This document shows positions 14,055 through 32,277 of a stretch of 64,000 bases of DNA, piece by piece. The notes below the pieces were generated by a model. The model was not told the origin of the DNA and searched no databases. It saw only the letters and a program-made list of their open reading frames with translations. The position numbers and the translations under genes are program-made. Numbering within the stretch: the first letter of the stretch is position 1; each line of letters opens with the position of its first letter. Origin of the DNA: the human T2T-CHM13v2.0 reference genome, Homo sapiens; assembly GCF_009914755.1 (NCBI RefSeq), contig NC_060945.1; one strand, given 5' to 3'.

Positions 14055-14330
14055 AAGCTACCTATACCAGTGGATCTTAATTTCCCAGTTCTGTACGTAG
14101 CCTCTGTTGGGGCAGAGATTTCCTCAGGGGTTAATTGTTAACAAGGTACCAGGTACCACTGACAATTGAGCAACCCGAATCTGCAGTCTTGTAACAAAAG
14201 AATGTGGAGTGGTATTGTGTAAAGTGAACTTTAACTCTTCCTGGTAATCATTATCAATTATACCACCATACATTATAAAGTGTCTCATCGCCAGGCTTGA
14301 ATGTGTTGTAATCCATTCACCCACATTCAA
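14055..14330 (-). pseudogene. ERV dUTPase remnant
   Basis: dUTPase motifs HSSLA, GGIIDNDYQEEL, RVAQL and an RSTG motif-5-like end. Confidence 0.85.
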
Positions 14331-14344
14331 GTTTGCATTTATGC

Positions 14345-15640
14345 TGGAAATTTTGGCCTGTTGATCTACCTGCTGTTTAGTCTGTCAAGAGAATGCAGAG
14401 ATGCATGAGAATCAATATGAAAAACAGCAATAATAGTAATGTGCATCAGGATTCAGGTATCTTCCTAGTATTGTTTTCTCCAAACCTCTTTATTCATTAT
14501 TCACCATTTGTTTCATTGCCATTCGGGCAACTAGGTAGTAAGACCATTTTCTGCTGACCAACAGTCGGTATACAAGCAACAAATTGCTCTGGCCTCCTCC
14601 TGAATAGTTCGGAGGATGGCTTCTAGTTCAGCCAGCTGGCTGCTCACACCCCTCCCTTCATCAGAAACGCTTATGTTTTTAACAGGATTATAAGCCACGG
14701 CCTCCCAGCATCAGGTCCCATCAATGTATTTGGTGGAACCATCAGTAACCAAGCGTGTTTCTGATCCTCTGGGCTTAGTTCTTTAAAGGATTTGCCCCAT
14801 TGGGCAGGGGAGGTTTCCTTCCCTATAAGCAGGACTTGCCCTGTGGTTTCCTGAGTTGGCAAGTTTTGCACATCTTCATGTAAAAATGATACCGCTTTTA
14901 GTTCTGGCTTATCCTGGTCTTGTATGTACCATTTCCATTTTATGATACTACATTCTTGAGTGTACCCTATCCAATGGGTTTGAGGGAGCTCATGACCCAA
15001 GTCATAATAGGAATTTGGGGCCTCATAAAAACATCATGATTAAAACAAAGGTGTTCTGCTTCCTTCAAGCGCAGTAGAAGGCCAACAGCTGCTTCTCAAA
15101 GAGTATAAGCTTTGCCAGCCTCTGGCAGCTTCTGGGTCTAAAACTCCAAAGGTATCTTCTTCCCATCTTGTTTCTACCTAAGGCTCCAATTAGCATGTTG
15201 ATGTAGGACAGTTACTTGCAGTTCTGTTGACTCATCCTATAAGGGCCATAGATCCAGGGCCAGTTGCTCAGCTTGTTTTGCTTGTTGAAAAGCCAGGCTG
15301 TCTTTCTCTCTCCAGTGATATTCATAGTGTTTTCTAGTGACTGCATGCAGAGGTTGTAATATGTTACCCAAGTGGGGAATATGATGTCTCCAGAATCCAA
15401 ACAAGCCAATAGAATTTTGGACCTCCTTTTCAGTGGTAGGGCTGCAAATTCTAGTATTTTAGTGTTAGCCTTTGGTAAAATGGACTGTTTCCCTGCAGTC
15501 CATAGGATGCCAAGGAACTTTACACTTTGTGCAGGCCATTGAATTTTATTAGAGTTAACTTCCCATCCTTGAGATAGGATTTGGGTTTTTACCCTCTTCT
15601 GCCCTGAAAACTGACTAGTTATTCAGTTTTACCCTGACTG
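14345..15640 (-). pseudogene. pol: ERV pol remnant (RT C-terminus, tether, RNase H)
   Basis: GWEVNSNKIQWPAQSVKFLGILW, SIIKWKWYIQ, TDGS and VFHIDSH motifs; frameshifted. Confidence 0.85.
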
Positions 15641-16549
15641 GGCAACTCGGACAGCTGCTTTTTCAGCAATAGGCTGATAGCTTTGAACCTGATCAGTCAA
15701 GACAGGCCTGGCATGGTACCAGGGCCAGTCTGGAAGTCAGATTAAAATTTTCCTTTTCCAGCTTACATTTCTCTTGTAACAACCAGTCCCTATATTGACA
15801 CTTTAACTTATAAGCAGTAAGCAAGCATCATCAATGCTGGGAAATTCCCTCAGCATTACAATTACCAACTGGGACTCCCTGCTGCACCTCACGCACAGCC
15901 AGTGATTCAAACAAACTTTATCCCACTTAAATGGCAATGCAGATATAATAAGCAAATATATAAGCAAGTTGCAATGGGACGGGGAGAAGGGAAAAGATAT
16001 ATATATATATTTAAACTCACCAAACTATGGAGGATTCACCACGAGACTGTGAAGCAACAGCCTGGGCTCCAGATTGGCCACTCATCCGTCCACAGACAAC
16101 GTGAGATCTCATGAAGCTTTGGCGCAGTCTGGAACCCCAGCTCTTTTTGTAATGAGTTATTTGGCATGAAGTCCGGTCAGGAAGGCTATTCACAACGGGG
16201 CTCAAGGAACACAAAAAGGTCAACTTGTTTTTTTGATTGTCTATTGTTTTTCAATAACTAAGATATAGGAATAAATTGAAATAGAGATTTATCTGAAACA
16301 GCGCTGGATGAGGGCTTCAAGGGGCTCACACAACCTGTTCCGGGACTTGGTGACCATTGTTTGAGTCCATGTCCAATTGAGTTCAAATTTAATATTTACC
16401 TTTTACTCCAAAAAGTGTCAAAAGTAATTCCTTCAAATGCAGGAAATTATGTAGCTACTCACAAACTAAACTTCTCAAACAAAAGTCATAAATAGAGTAC
16501 AGAGATAAAAAATAAAATAAAATCTAACTACATCTGTCTACAGGGGATT

Positions 16550-16688
16550 CAATTTATTTATTTATTTATTTATTTATTTTAGAGACATGGTATTGCTTTG
16601 TTTCCCAGGCTGGTCTCAAACTTCTGGGCTCAAGTTAACCTCCCACCTCAATCTCCTAAAATGCTCGGATGACAGATATGAGCCATCT
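16550..16688 (-). mobile_element. Alu monomer (FLAM/AluJ left arm) with (ATTT)n
   Basis: Reverse Alu left-arm sequence. Confidence 0.8.
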
Positions 16689-17291
16689 TACTATATAGTA
16701 ACAAAAACAGACTAAAAGTGGCAAGATGCATCAAAACAATTTTATGCAAATCGTAATGAAATGAAGACAACGTCACGAGCACATTATGCAAAATACTTTT
16801 TAAATAACTGTCTTAGTTTATAAAATAAATTATAAGTTAAAACTGTCAAAGAAAACAAAGGACAAAATAATAAAAAAGTTTATTCACTGGAAACCTAGGA
16901 AAATTATATACATTTATATAATATACGTTTATATAATTGTGTGTATTTATCTAATTATGTATACAGACACACATATATATGAACCTCACATGAAGATTTT
17001 AAAATAAATCAATAATATTTTGTCAGAACATAAACAAAAAACTGCAATATACTGAGAACAATATTTTAATACACCAGTTCTGTAATTAATAATAAAGCCA
17101 GAGAGAATGTTAAGAAGAAAACAGAGGACATGAAAATACTGTAAAACAGTTAGATGTAACAGATGCATAGAGATCACTCTACACAACAACAAAACTCACA
17201 GTCTTGTCAAAAGCTCATAAAACATTGTCCTAAAAATAAATATAAGGAAAAAAATTTTTTAACAGAATTAAAAAAAATTGAATGTTACAGA

Positions 17292-20250
17292 AAACACTTC
17301 AAAAAATCAATCAACCCAGGAGCCGGTTTTTTGAAAAGATTAACAAAATAGACCACTAGTGAGACAAATAAAGGAGAAAAGAGAGAAGAATCAAAGAGAC
17401 GCAATAAAAAACGACAAAGGGGATATCACCACGAAACCCACAGAAATACAAACTACCATCAGAGAATACTATAAAAACCTCTACGGAAATAAAGTGGAAA
17501 ACCTAGAAGAAATTGATAAGTTCCTGGAAACATCCACACCTCCAAGACTAAACGAGGAAGAAGTTGAATCTCTGAGTAGACCAATAGCAGGTTCTGAAAT
17601 TGAGGCAATAATTAATAGCTTATGAACCAAAAAAAGTCCATGACCAGACGAATTCACAACTGAATTCTACCAGAGGTACAAAGAGGAGCTGCTACCATCC
17701 CTTCTGAAACTATTCGAATCAAGAGAAAAAAAGGGAATCTTCCTTAACTCATTTTATGAGGTCAGCATCATCCTGATACCAAAGCCTGGCAGAAGCACAA
17801 CAAAAAAACAATATCCCTGATGAACATCAATGCAAACATCCTCAATAAAATGCTGACAAACCAAATCCAGCAGCACATCCAAAAGCTTACCCACCACGAT
17901 CAATTCAGCTTCATCCCTGGGATGCAAGCCTGGTTCAACATATGCAAATCAATAAACATAATTCATCACATAAACAGAACCAATGACAAAAATCTCATGA
18001 CTATCTCAATAGATGCAGAAAAGGCCTTCAACAAAACTCAACAGCCTTTCATGATAAAAACTCTAAATAAACTAGGTATTGATGGAACACATCTGAAAAT
18101 AATAAGAGCTATTTATGACAAACCCACAGCCAATATCATGCAGAATGGGCAAAACCTGGAAGCATTCCCTTTGAAAACCAGCACAAGACAACGATGCCCT
18201 CTCTCACCACTCCCACTCAACATAGTATTGGAAGTTCTGGCCAGGGCCATCAGGCAAGAGAAAGAAATAAAGGACATTCGATTAGGAAAAAGAGGAAGCC
18301 AAATTGTCTCTGTTTGCAGATGACATGATTGTATATTTAGAAAACCCCATTGTCTCAGCCCAAAATCTCCTTAAATCTGATAAGCAACTTCAGCAAAGTC
18401 TCAGGATACAAAATAATGTGCAAAAATCACAAGTATTTCCATACACCAATAACAGACGAACAGAGAGCCAAATTATGAGTGAACTCCCACTCAACAATTG
18501 CTACAAAGAGAATAAAATACCTAGGAATCCAACTTACAAGGGATGTGAAGGACATTTTCAAGGAGAACTACAAACCACTGCTCCATGAAATAAAAGCGGA
18601 CACAAACAAATGGAAGAACATTCCATGCTCCTGGAAAGGAAGAATCAATATCATGAAAATGACCATGCTGCCCAAGATAACTTATAGATTCAATGCTATC
18701 CCCATCAAGCTACCACTGACTTTCTTCACAGAATTGGAAAAAACTACTTTGAAGTTCACATGGAACCAAAAAACAGCCTGCATAGGCAAGAAAATCCTAC
18801 ACAAAAAGAGAAAAGCTGCAGGTATCACACTACCTGACTTCAATCTATACTACAGGTCTACAGTAACCAAAACAGCATGGTACTGGTACCAAAACAGATA
18901 TATAGAGCAATGGAAAAAAACAGAGGCCTCAGAAATACCATCACACATCTACAACCATTGGATCTTCGACAAATGTGACAAAAACAAACAATGGGGAAAG
19001 GATTCCTTATTTAATAAATGTTGCTGGGAAAAATGGCGAGCCATATGCAGAAAACTGAAACTGGATTTCTTCCTTACACCCTATACATAAATTGACTCAA
19101 GATGGATTAAAGACTTAAATGTAAGACCCAAAACCATAAAAACCTAAGAGAAAACCTGGGCAATACCATTCAGGACATAGGCATGGGCAAAGACTTCATG
19201 ACTAAAACACCAAAAACAATGGCAACAAAAGCCAAAATAGACAAATGAAATCTAATTAAACTTAAAAGCTTCTACACAGCAAACGAAACTATCATTAGAG
19301 TGAACAGGCAACCTACAGAATGGGAGAAAATTTTTGCAATCTACCCATCTGACAAAGGACTCACATCCAGAATCTACAAAGAATTTAAACAAATTTACAA
19401 GAAAAAAACGAGCAATCCCATCAAAAAGTGGGCAAAGGATATGAACAGACACTTCTCAAAAGAAGACATTTATGTAACCAACAGACATGAAAAATTGCTC
19501 ATCATCACTGGTCATCAGAGAAATGCAAATGAAAACCACAATGAGATACCATCTTACGCTAGTTAGAATGGGGATCATTAAAATGTCAGGAAACAACAGA
19601 TGCTGGAGAGGACGTGGAAAAACAAAAACGCTTTTACACTGTGGGTTGGAGTGTAAATTAGTTCAAACACTGTGGAAGACAGTGTGGTAATTCCTCAAGT
19701 ATCTACAACCAGAAATACCATTTGACCCAGCAATCCCATTACTGGGTATATATCCAAAGGATTATGAATCATGCTACTATAAAAACACATGCACACATAT
19801 GTTTATTGTGGCACTGTTCAGAATAGCAAAGTCTTGGAACCAACCCAAATGTCCATCAATGATAGACTGGATTAAGAAATTGTGACACATATACCCCATG
19901 GAATACTACGCAGCCTTAAAAAAGGATGAGTTCATGTCATTTGCAGGGACATGGATGAAGCTGGAAACCATCATTCTCAGCAAACTATCACAAGGACAGA
20001 AAAACAAACACTGCATGTTTTCACTCATAGGTAGGAGTTAAACAATGAGAACATGTGGACACAGGACAGGGAACATCAAACGCTAGTGCCTGTTTGGGGG
20101 TGGGGGGCTATGAAAGGGATAGCATTAGGAGAACGCTTAATGTAAATGTTGAGTTGATGGGTGCAGCAAACCAACATAACACATGTATACCTGTATAACA
20201 AACCTGTACGTTCTGCACATGTATCCTAGAACTTAAAGTATAATAAAAAT
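17292..20250 (+). mobile_element. 5'-truncated L1PA (ORF2 remnant plus 3' UTR) inserted in an older L1M
   Basis: ORF2 RT motifs ([16 protein letters not shown]) with stops and frameshifts; 3' UTR; TSD AAAAATTGAATGTTACAGA (17273-17291) / AAAAATTGAAGGCTACAGA (20245-20263). Confidence 0.95.
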
Positions 20251-20636
20251 TGAAGGCTACAGACTATAATTTCTGACCAAAATGGATTAAAACTAGAAAT
20301 CAATAACCGAAGAAAATTCATAAAATTCACAAATACATGATAATTAAACAATTTATTCTTCAACATGTTTTTGTTCAAGAGTTAAAAATTTAATATTTTG
20401 AACGTGTCTATAATGCCCAAAGTGAGCTGCAGATTTAATACAATCCCTATGAAATTATTAATATTATTTTTGACAGAAACAGAGAATGTGACTCCCCAAA
20501 GTATACGGAATTTCAGGGGACCACATAAAAAAAGTTGGAAGCATTACAATTCCTGATTTCAAGACATGTTAGAAATCTACAGTAATCAAAATGTTATGTT
20601 ACTGGCATAAAGACAGACAATTAGACTAATAAAAAA

Positions 20637-21535
20637 ATCTTTGCCACTGCTGCAGACAGTGCCTGCATCATCCTGCAGACTGACAATGATCATTTTGCTG
20701 CTGATGACTTTAAAGTGTGAGACAGACCTGGCCATGTGCCAGTTTGTGGAGTGCGACATTACTGATAACACCAGTGTCAGTCAGCCTCTGCTGGAGACAG
20801 AGATGGAGGCCCTCAAGGAAGAGCTGCTCTTCATGAAGAATCATGAGGAGGAAGTTAAAGGTCTATAATACCTGATTTCCAGCTCTTGGTTGACCATGGA
20901 GGTAGATGTCCCCAAGTCTCAGGACCTTGGCAAGATCATGACAGGCATCTGGGCCCAATATGACGAGATGGCTGAGAACAGCTGAGAGGAGCTGGACAAG
21001 TACTGGTCCCAGCAGACTGAGGAGAGCACCAGAGTAGTCACCATGCAGTCCGCTGAGATCGGAGCTGCTGAGAGGATGCTCAGGGGGTTGAGATGTACAG
21101 TCCAGTCCTTGGATATCGAACTGGACTCAATGAGATATCTGAAAGTCAGCTTGGAGAACAGCCTAAGGGAGGTAGACGCAGATGGAGCAGCTCAACAGGA
21201 TCCTGCTGCACCTGGAGTCAGAGCTATCCCAAAACCGGGAAGAGAGGTACCACGCCCAAGAGCACGAGGACCTGTGGAACATCAAGGTCGAGCTGGAGGC
21301 TGAGATTGCCACTTACTGCCGCCTGCTAGAAGACGGGGAGGATTTCAATCTCCTGGATGCTCTGGACAGCAGTAAATACCTGCAAGCTATCCAAAAGAAC
21401 AGCCCCCGCAGGATAGTGGACGGGAAAGTGGTGTCTGAGACCAACAATACAGACGTTTTGTTGTGCTAAGCCATCAGAAGCAAGGTCCCTTTGGGGAGCA
21501 GGAGGCCAGTAAAAAGTTCAGAGGTAAAAAAAAAT
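20637..21535 (+). pseudogene. KRT18P: KRT18 processed pseudogene, 5'-truncated
   Basis: LETEMEALKEELLFMKNHEEEVKGL and LEAEIATYCRLLEDGEDFNLLDALDSS...RRIVDGKVVSETN; no introns; stops and frameshifts; A-tail at ~21525. Confidence 0.95.
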
Positions 21536-22042
21536 TAACTTCAAATCACAGAAGTGTTTCCTTCAACACAAAAGTAATATAGATTCATTAATATATAGAA
21601 GTGGAAATTAAGACAATTTCCACAACTACTCACCCAGAGAGGATTAAAAAAATAATTGACCACCAACTAATAAAACAAATACACAAGTCATAAATAAAGT
21701 ATGAGTAATGTTTATACAGGCAAATGAACAGAGAATTATGTTGGCAATAGACGTGTGTTTGATTCATATTTGACTGATTCATATTCAACTGTACACAGTT
21801 GAATATAGTCATACAAAATTATAATATATAGGCAGAATCTAAAAACACAATTAAATAATGTAAGGCAGCCTATCCTAACAAGGAAATACAAGAATATATA
21901 ATATTAGAAAATAAAATTAAATAAACATTAGCCTGTGAAATACCGAATAAACAAAGCATGCAACGGAAGAAGACTCTTTCTAGATAACTAGCATGTTCAA
22001 CCATAACTGGGCTCCCATAAAGAGCAGATTTTGAATTCTTAG

Positions 22043-22647
<605 letters not shown>

Positions 22648-23894
22648 TATAATTTATTATTTTTAAAACAAAGAAAAGCCTTACATTTTTACATATGGGA
22701 ACAACATGAATATTGTAAAATATGCTGTGGAAAACTACAATATAATAAGCAATTAGAAATAAATTATACTATCATTCAGATAAATGTTGAGGAAAGTAAA
22801 TGGAAACACTAATGATAAGTTTTTCTATGCAGTGAACTTAGACACAAACTAAAACTTTTCTTAATGTGATGTGCATACCATCCAATTCACTTTTTATATA
22901 ACACATAAATTCAAGTATGTTTTCTGAAACCCCTGAAGCTAAAGTTATAGGCTAATTTGACATACGTAAAAACAGGACAGGGAAAACGTACAGATCACAG
23001 TCCCACTAAGCTTTATATAAGATTAATTAATAAAATAACTCATTAAGAAATAATGTAACAGTTAAGAATTTGTTCTATTCCTGGCATGTTTCTAAGTTTT
23101 TCTATGGATTAAGGTCCTTAAAAATTCTTTGAGATGAGTAGATACAATAAACTATTCCACAGGTGACATGTTTGGCATAGAGAGTTCACATTTCTAAGTT
23201 AGTTTCTACTAAGGGAAAGAAAACTTTTTGACCTACATTACCAGAGATGAAAAAAAGAATAAAGTGAAATAGAAGATTCAACTTTATCATATGTGCTGAG
23301 GTGCTTTGGGCTCTGATAAATTTTTTTTCTGATTTTTTTGCAGGAACACATTTGAAATAATAGGACTGAAAATTATGAGGAAGAAACATTTGTCCTTGGT
23401 GTTTCTGAAATATGTGAACCAAACCCCAATGCCTGCACTTTTGCTCTCACAAACTTCTGACATGAGGCACAGATTTTTACAAAACAGCTTAACATAGAAG
23501 TCTCACAAAATGTGCAGATTTCCTCAGATCCCAAAAACAATGGAAAAGCACTCAGACCACAAGAGCTTCATGGGAATAGCAGAAAGAAGAGGCGAACTTT
23601 GGCTGTCACTGTGAATGCCCTGGAATGTTAGTGGATGAACAGAGAAGCCTTAGAAGATTTAAGAGCATAATAAGCATAGGGTAGGAAATTTCCACCTGTG
23701 GCAGCAAAAGAAGTAAATTTAGAATTTTCCAGAACCAATTTCTTTGAAGCAGAACTTCCAACACCACATTTTTAAGGTTTTCTCCTTGGCCTTTGCACCT
23801 CTCATCTTTGTTATTTGTTCATTCTTCCCTATTGGGGTGTTGCCTATTATTCTCTCTCTTTTTACATTCCAAAGATATTTCCTTTACTGTAGGA

Positions 23895-24090
23895 CAGGGG
23901 CATCCACGGGAGACTACAGCCATGAGTTCTTAGTTTCTGTTTCTGGTTGAGCCAGTAAGGCGCTTTCCTCATCCCCCTTTTCCACTTATCACTAGACACA
24001 GAACCCAAAAACCATTGCTGCAGGCTGCTAAAAACCTAAAACAAAACAGAGCCATAACAAAAACAAAACAAGGCGGGTTGGAAAAGCTTG
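23895..24090. mobile_element. hAT-Charlie MITE (MER30B/MER107 type)
   Basis: 196 bp with ends CAGGGGCATCCA ... TGGAAAAGCTTG; 8-bp TSD CTGTAGGA / CTGTACGA. Confidence 0.8.
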
Positions 24091-24801
24091 CTGTACGAGG
24101 CAACCAGGTCTGGCTTATATTCACCACATCCCTTCTTCTTTCCCAGAACAGCAATTGGGCTCAAGAGAAAACGTCCAACTTTTAGTATATCCCTCAGTAT
24201 AGAATGAGAACAGTGGAACATATGTTCAAAGGTTTGGCTTTGTGGGCTACCGCTGATGACTAGATTCTGTCTCCCCAAACAGGGAATGCTAAAGGAAATG
24301 GCAGAGTAGTGAGAATGATAACTTATGACTGCTGAGAAGAGAAGTTACATGCTTACCACAGCCTCAGAGAAACAAACACTACAATCAACTGCGGAAGCAA
24401 AGGACCACAGTGTCTGGAAAACAATGGGAAAAAATATCTTTACCTTAAAAATACACACACAAGCCCAGAGAAGACACATTGAAGACACTGTTAATGAAGT
24501 ACCAGGATGTACAGCCTCACTGATTGTTGTATTATCTTGTAGTAAGCAAGTTTGTACATACTACATTACACAGTTGTTTTATAAATTTCTGAATCTCATC
24601 AAAAGATTGCAGGGCATACAGAAAAGGACGAAAACATGTCCCAATTGAAGAAATAAAATAAACCTACAAATATTGATCTTTAAAAATCTTTGTTGACTTT
24701 TAAAGGTCAAAATTTGTAGGTTTATTCTTTGTTGTTGTTGTTTTTGCATTATATAATTTTGAAAATCAAAATAATTATCAAAGCTCCTTAATGATATGAA
24801 C

Positions 24802-27726
<2,925 letters not shown>

Positions 27727-28982
27727 CTGCTTAATGAACAAAAACAGAACATAGACAACAAAAGAATATTAGAAGAAGTAATACATAAAGAAAATGAGAT
27801 ATCAATAAAAAGATTTTTAAAAACCAACAATTGTGAATCTGAAGAACATAATAGCTATATTAAAAATTTAATCAACAGTCACAAAAGCAGACTAATAAAG
27901 GAGAAAAAATTACACAATTGATGACATTGTAGTTATAAATATTGAGTGATGAAAACAAATTTTTTAAGAAGAATGGAGGAAAAAGTATGGGACGTACTGC
28001 ACATCGTCAAGTGGACCATTATATTTATGAAAGGAGTCTTACAAAAACAATATAGGAGAAAAGTAATAAAGAGATTATTTTTAAAAAGTAGCTGAGAAAT
28101 CCCCACATGACAAGATAATTAAACAAGAAGAAATACTTCCAAACAAAAACCTTCAACTGGAGTAATATCACTTCAGAAATAAAAAAACTAAACCTTTCCA
28201 AAATAAATAAAAGTTGATTGTGTTACTAACCACTAGAAGAGTCCTAAAGGAAGTGTAAAAGAGTCTATCACGTCCAAAAATGAAATGATGCTGCAGAGCA
28301 TCATAGCAGCACATGAAAATAGAAAACTCTCTATTAAAGGTAAATATATAAACAGGTAAAGAAATCTCTACTGTCATAATCATGGTGCACAAAACTTTCA
28401 AAATATTGCCATGGAGTTTAAAACATGAAGCAGAAATCTGCATAAATTTGTGATCATAGACCATAAGGAAAGATAATATGTGATATTAATAAAACAGTGG
28501 GAGTGTGAAGAGGTACAACTTTGCATTCAGTTGAAATATGGTTGTTCTATACTGTCATAACTTTAAGATGATTTATGAAGTCTTTATTTCTCAGGATGAT
28601 TACCAAAAAAACCTGTAGAATGTATGCAAAGGCAAATGAGAAAGAAATTCAATCACGTCACTACAAAATCAACAAACAGAAATAAAGCAGTAAGAGAAAA
28701 AATGATAAATAACACATCTACAAGAAACACAGAAGACAATTACAAATAATAAAGTAACTTCATTAAATGCAGTAATGACTTCAAATATAAAAAGTTAAAT
28801 ACCTTAAAGAAAATTAATAAATAATTTAATGGATTAAGAACAAAGAAGATCCAGCAATGTGCTCTCTACAAGAGTCATTCCAGCTCTAAGGACTCAAATA
28901 AGTTGAAAGTAACAGTATAAAGAAAATATATTTTATGCAAAGAGTAGCTAAAATTGGAGGGCCATGGTCATAATTATACTAA

Positions 28983-29335
<353 letters not shown>

Positions 29336-30021
29336 GAGAGAGATTGGTATTATGTAATGGTGAGATGGATTAACTTTCCAGGAATCTATAACAATAATTT
29401 ATAAATCATATATATATAATTTGAAAAATCTGCAAAAATATACCATTGAGATTTTGACAAAAATTACATTAAATTTTTGTATTACTATAAATAGCACTGA
29501 CATCTTTCTTTCTTTTTTTTTTTTTTAGAGACAGAGTTTCTTTCTCTCAGGCTGGAGGGCAGTGGCACGATCTCTCGATAGGCTCACTTCAACCTCCTCC
29601 TCCCAGGTTCAACTGATTCTCGTCTTTCAAAATATGTAAAACAAATATTGACAGAAGTCAAGCAAGAAATACATAGCAACACAACAACGGTGGACTTCAA
29701 GACTCCACTTCAGTAATGACTAGAATAGTCAGAAGTAATATCAGTAAGAAAGCCAAACCTGAACATTATAGACCCAACCAGCATTTACAGAACTCTCCAA
29801 TTTAAAGGAGCAAAATCTGCAATATTCTAAATCACACATGGTACATTCTGTTAGGATACATGTCTTATTAAACTTAAGAAAACCGAAGCCATACAATGTA
29901 AATGAAACTAGAATTCAAAAGCAAGAAAATGTGGCAAATATGTAAATAAGAGGAAATTAAGCAAAATCTTTCATATAGTCTTGCTCAAGTGTCAGGTGAT
30001 TTAATATTGTTAAGATGTCAG

Positions 30022-30318
30022 GGCCGGCATGAGGCTCATGCCTGTAATCCTAGGACTTTGGGAGGCCAAAGTGGGTGGATCACCTGAGATCAGAAGTTTG
30101 AGACTAGCCTAGTGAATATGGCAAAACCCTATCTCTACTAAAAATACAAAAGTTAGCTAGACATGATGGTGCACGACTGCAATCCCAGCTACTCTGGTGG
30201 CTGAGACTGGAGAATTGCTTGAACCTGGGAAGCGGAGACTGCAGTGAGCACATCTCGCACCCCTGCCCTTCAGCCTGAGTGACTCACTAAAACTCCATCT
30301 CCAAAAAAAAAAAAAAAA
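30022..30318 (+). mobile_element. AluS
   Basis: Full Alu with A-tail. Confidence 0.9.
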
Positions 30319-32277
30319 TGTTGCCAGTACTACTCATGATGATATAAAAATGTAAGGTAATTTTTGTCAAAATCCCAATGGTATTTTTTTTGCAGAATTT
30401 TTGTGTATAATTCTAAACGTTGCTTAGGAAAGGTGACTAGCCAAACACCCTTTAAAAAGAACAAAGAGGTATTACATTTTCTGATTCAAAATCATGATAC
30501 AAAGCTACAAAAATAAAAACAATATGGTATTGCCACAAAAACAGATACATAGATGACGAAACAGAACAGAGATCCCAGAAATAAACCCTTGCATATGTGA
30601 TAAAATAATCTTCCATAAGCTTTCCATGACCACACAATAGAAAAATAAGAATCTATTTAACAAAGAATTTTCCAAATTGAATATTTACAGAGAAAAAAAT
30701 AAAATTGGATGCTTCCTTTGTATCATATATAAAAAGAAAAATTTTTTAAATGAATTCAATACTTAAACATAAAACCTAATAAAATTCTTAGAAGTAAACA
30801 TAAGGGAAAAGTTTATGACATAAGTCTTAAAACTCTTTCCTTAAGTTTGACATCAAATTCATAAGCAACAAGGAAAAGAACAACGACCAAAAAAAGGGAC
30901 TACATTAAGCTTCAACTATTCTACACATCAAATAAAACATTTAGTGCCATACAAACGTCACCTAATAAGTGGGTGAAAGCTAGGCATGGTGTCTCATGCC
31001 TTTAATTCTACAACTTTAGGAGGCCAAGGCAGAACAATCACTTGAGGCCAAAAGTTTGAGACTAGCCATGAAAACATAGCAAGACCCTGTCTTGTATAGG
31101 GTTATATATATGCATACATACATACATAAAACAAAAAAGAGTAAAAATATTTTCTAATCACATATTTGGTAGGTGTTAATTTTCAAAATATATAAATTCC
31201 TAAAACTCAACAACAAAAAAAGTTAATAACTTGATTTAGAATGGCACATGTTTGAAATGACTTTCTCCAAAGAAGACATAGAAATGACTAGGCATTTAAA
31301 AGGATACTCGACAACTCTCTTCTAGAAAAATACAAAGAAAAGTCACAATAATCTATCACATCAAACCTATTTTTAAAATAGTATGAAAGCTCTTCAAAAA
31401 ATTTAAAATGAGATTATTTTACAATCCAGCAAACCCCATTCTGGCTATGTATTTAAAATATACAACACATGATCCGGAAGAGATATTTGCACACCCAAAT
31501 TTATTGCAGCATTACTAACACAAGCCAAAAGGCAGAAACAACCCAGCTGTCCCTTGACCAATGAAGAGATTAATAACAAGTGGCACATACACAAAGTCGA
31601 ATATTATTCAGTCTTTAAAAAGTCACATTATATGATTATTCTTGAGAATATCACGTTAACTGAAATAAGCCAGGAACAAAGTGACAGTCTATGATTCCAT
31701 TCATAATCAGGTATCTTAAGTAGACAAACTCATAGGAAAAAAATAGTTAGAATGGTGTTTGTCAAGGACTGAAGAGATGGTAAAATAGGCAATTGTCTTA
31801 AAAGACATTTAATGTTAGTTTTGCAAGACATAGAAGTTCTACAGATCTTTTGCATAACTATGTGAATGTACTTAACGCTAATGAAATATACACTTAAAAA
31901 GAATTAAAATGGTAAATTTTACATTATGTGTTTTTACCACAATCGCAGTTTTTAAAAGGAAAAATATGGACTTATAAAGCTTTCCAAAAATTAAATTTTG
32001 TTCACAAAAGATTTTCTCTCACACAAAGGAAGTATAGATTTATAATTAAACTCATTGTGAAATTAAGATTATTTCAATGACTATTCATCCTCACAAGATA
32101 AGACAACCACTGAAAATCAGCCAAAAAATATGGAAGATAAGCCAGGAGCAAAGTTGGGGACATATTTATAGAGACAAACACATATATAATTTAATTTTGA
32201 AAACGTATGACCGATTTATATTTTAATTAAACCCAACATTAGTTTCCTGAGTGAAATTTGGTTTTCAGTTTGGGCAA

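Larger units (their letters stand above)
12593..16410 (-). mobile_element. Deleted class III ERV provirus (LTR66/HERVL66-like)
   Basis: Two same-orientation LTRs (~15910-16410 and 12593-12925, minus-strand start motif AAATATTAAATTTGAACTCAAT) flank gag, RT/RNase H, dUTPase and env remnants. Confidence 0.85.

Noticed and set aside
17359-19690. L1 ORF2 fragments as an active reverse transcriptase
   Set aside because: 5'-truncated with multiple stops and frameshifts
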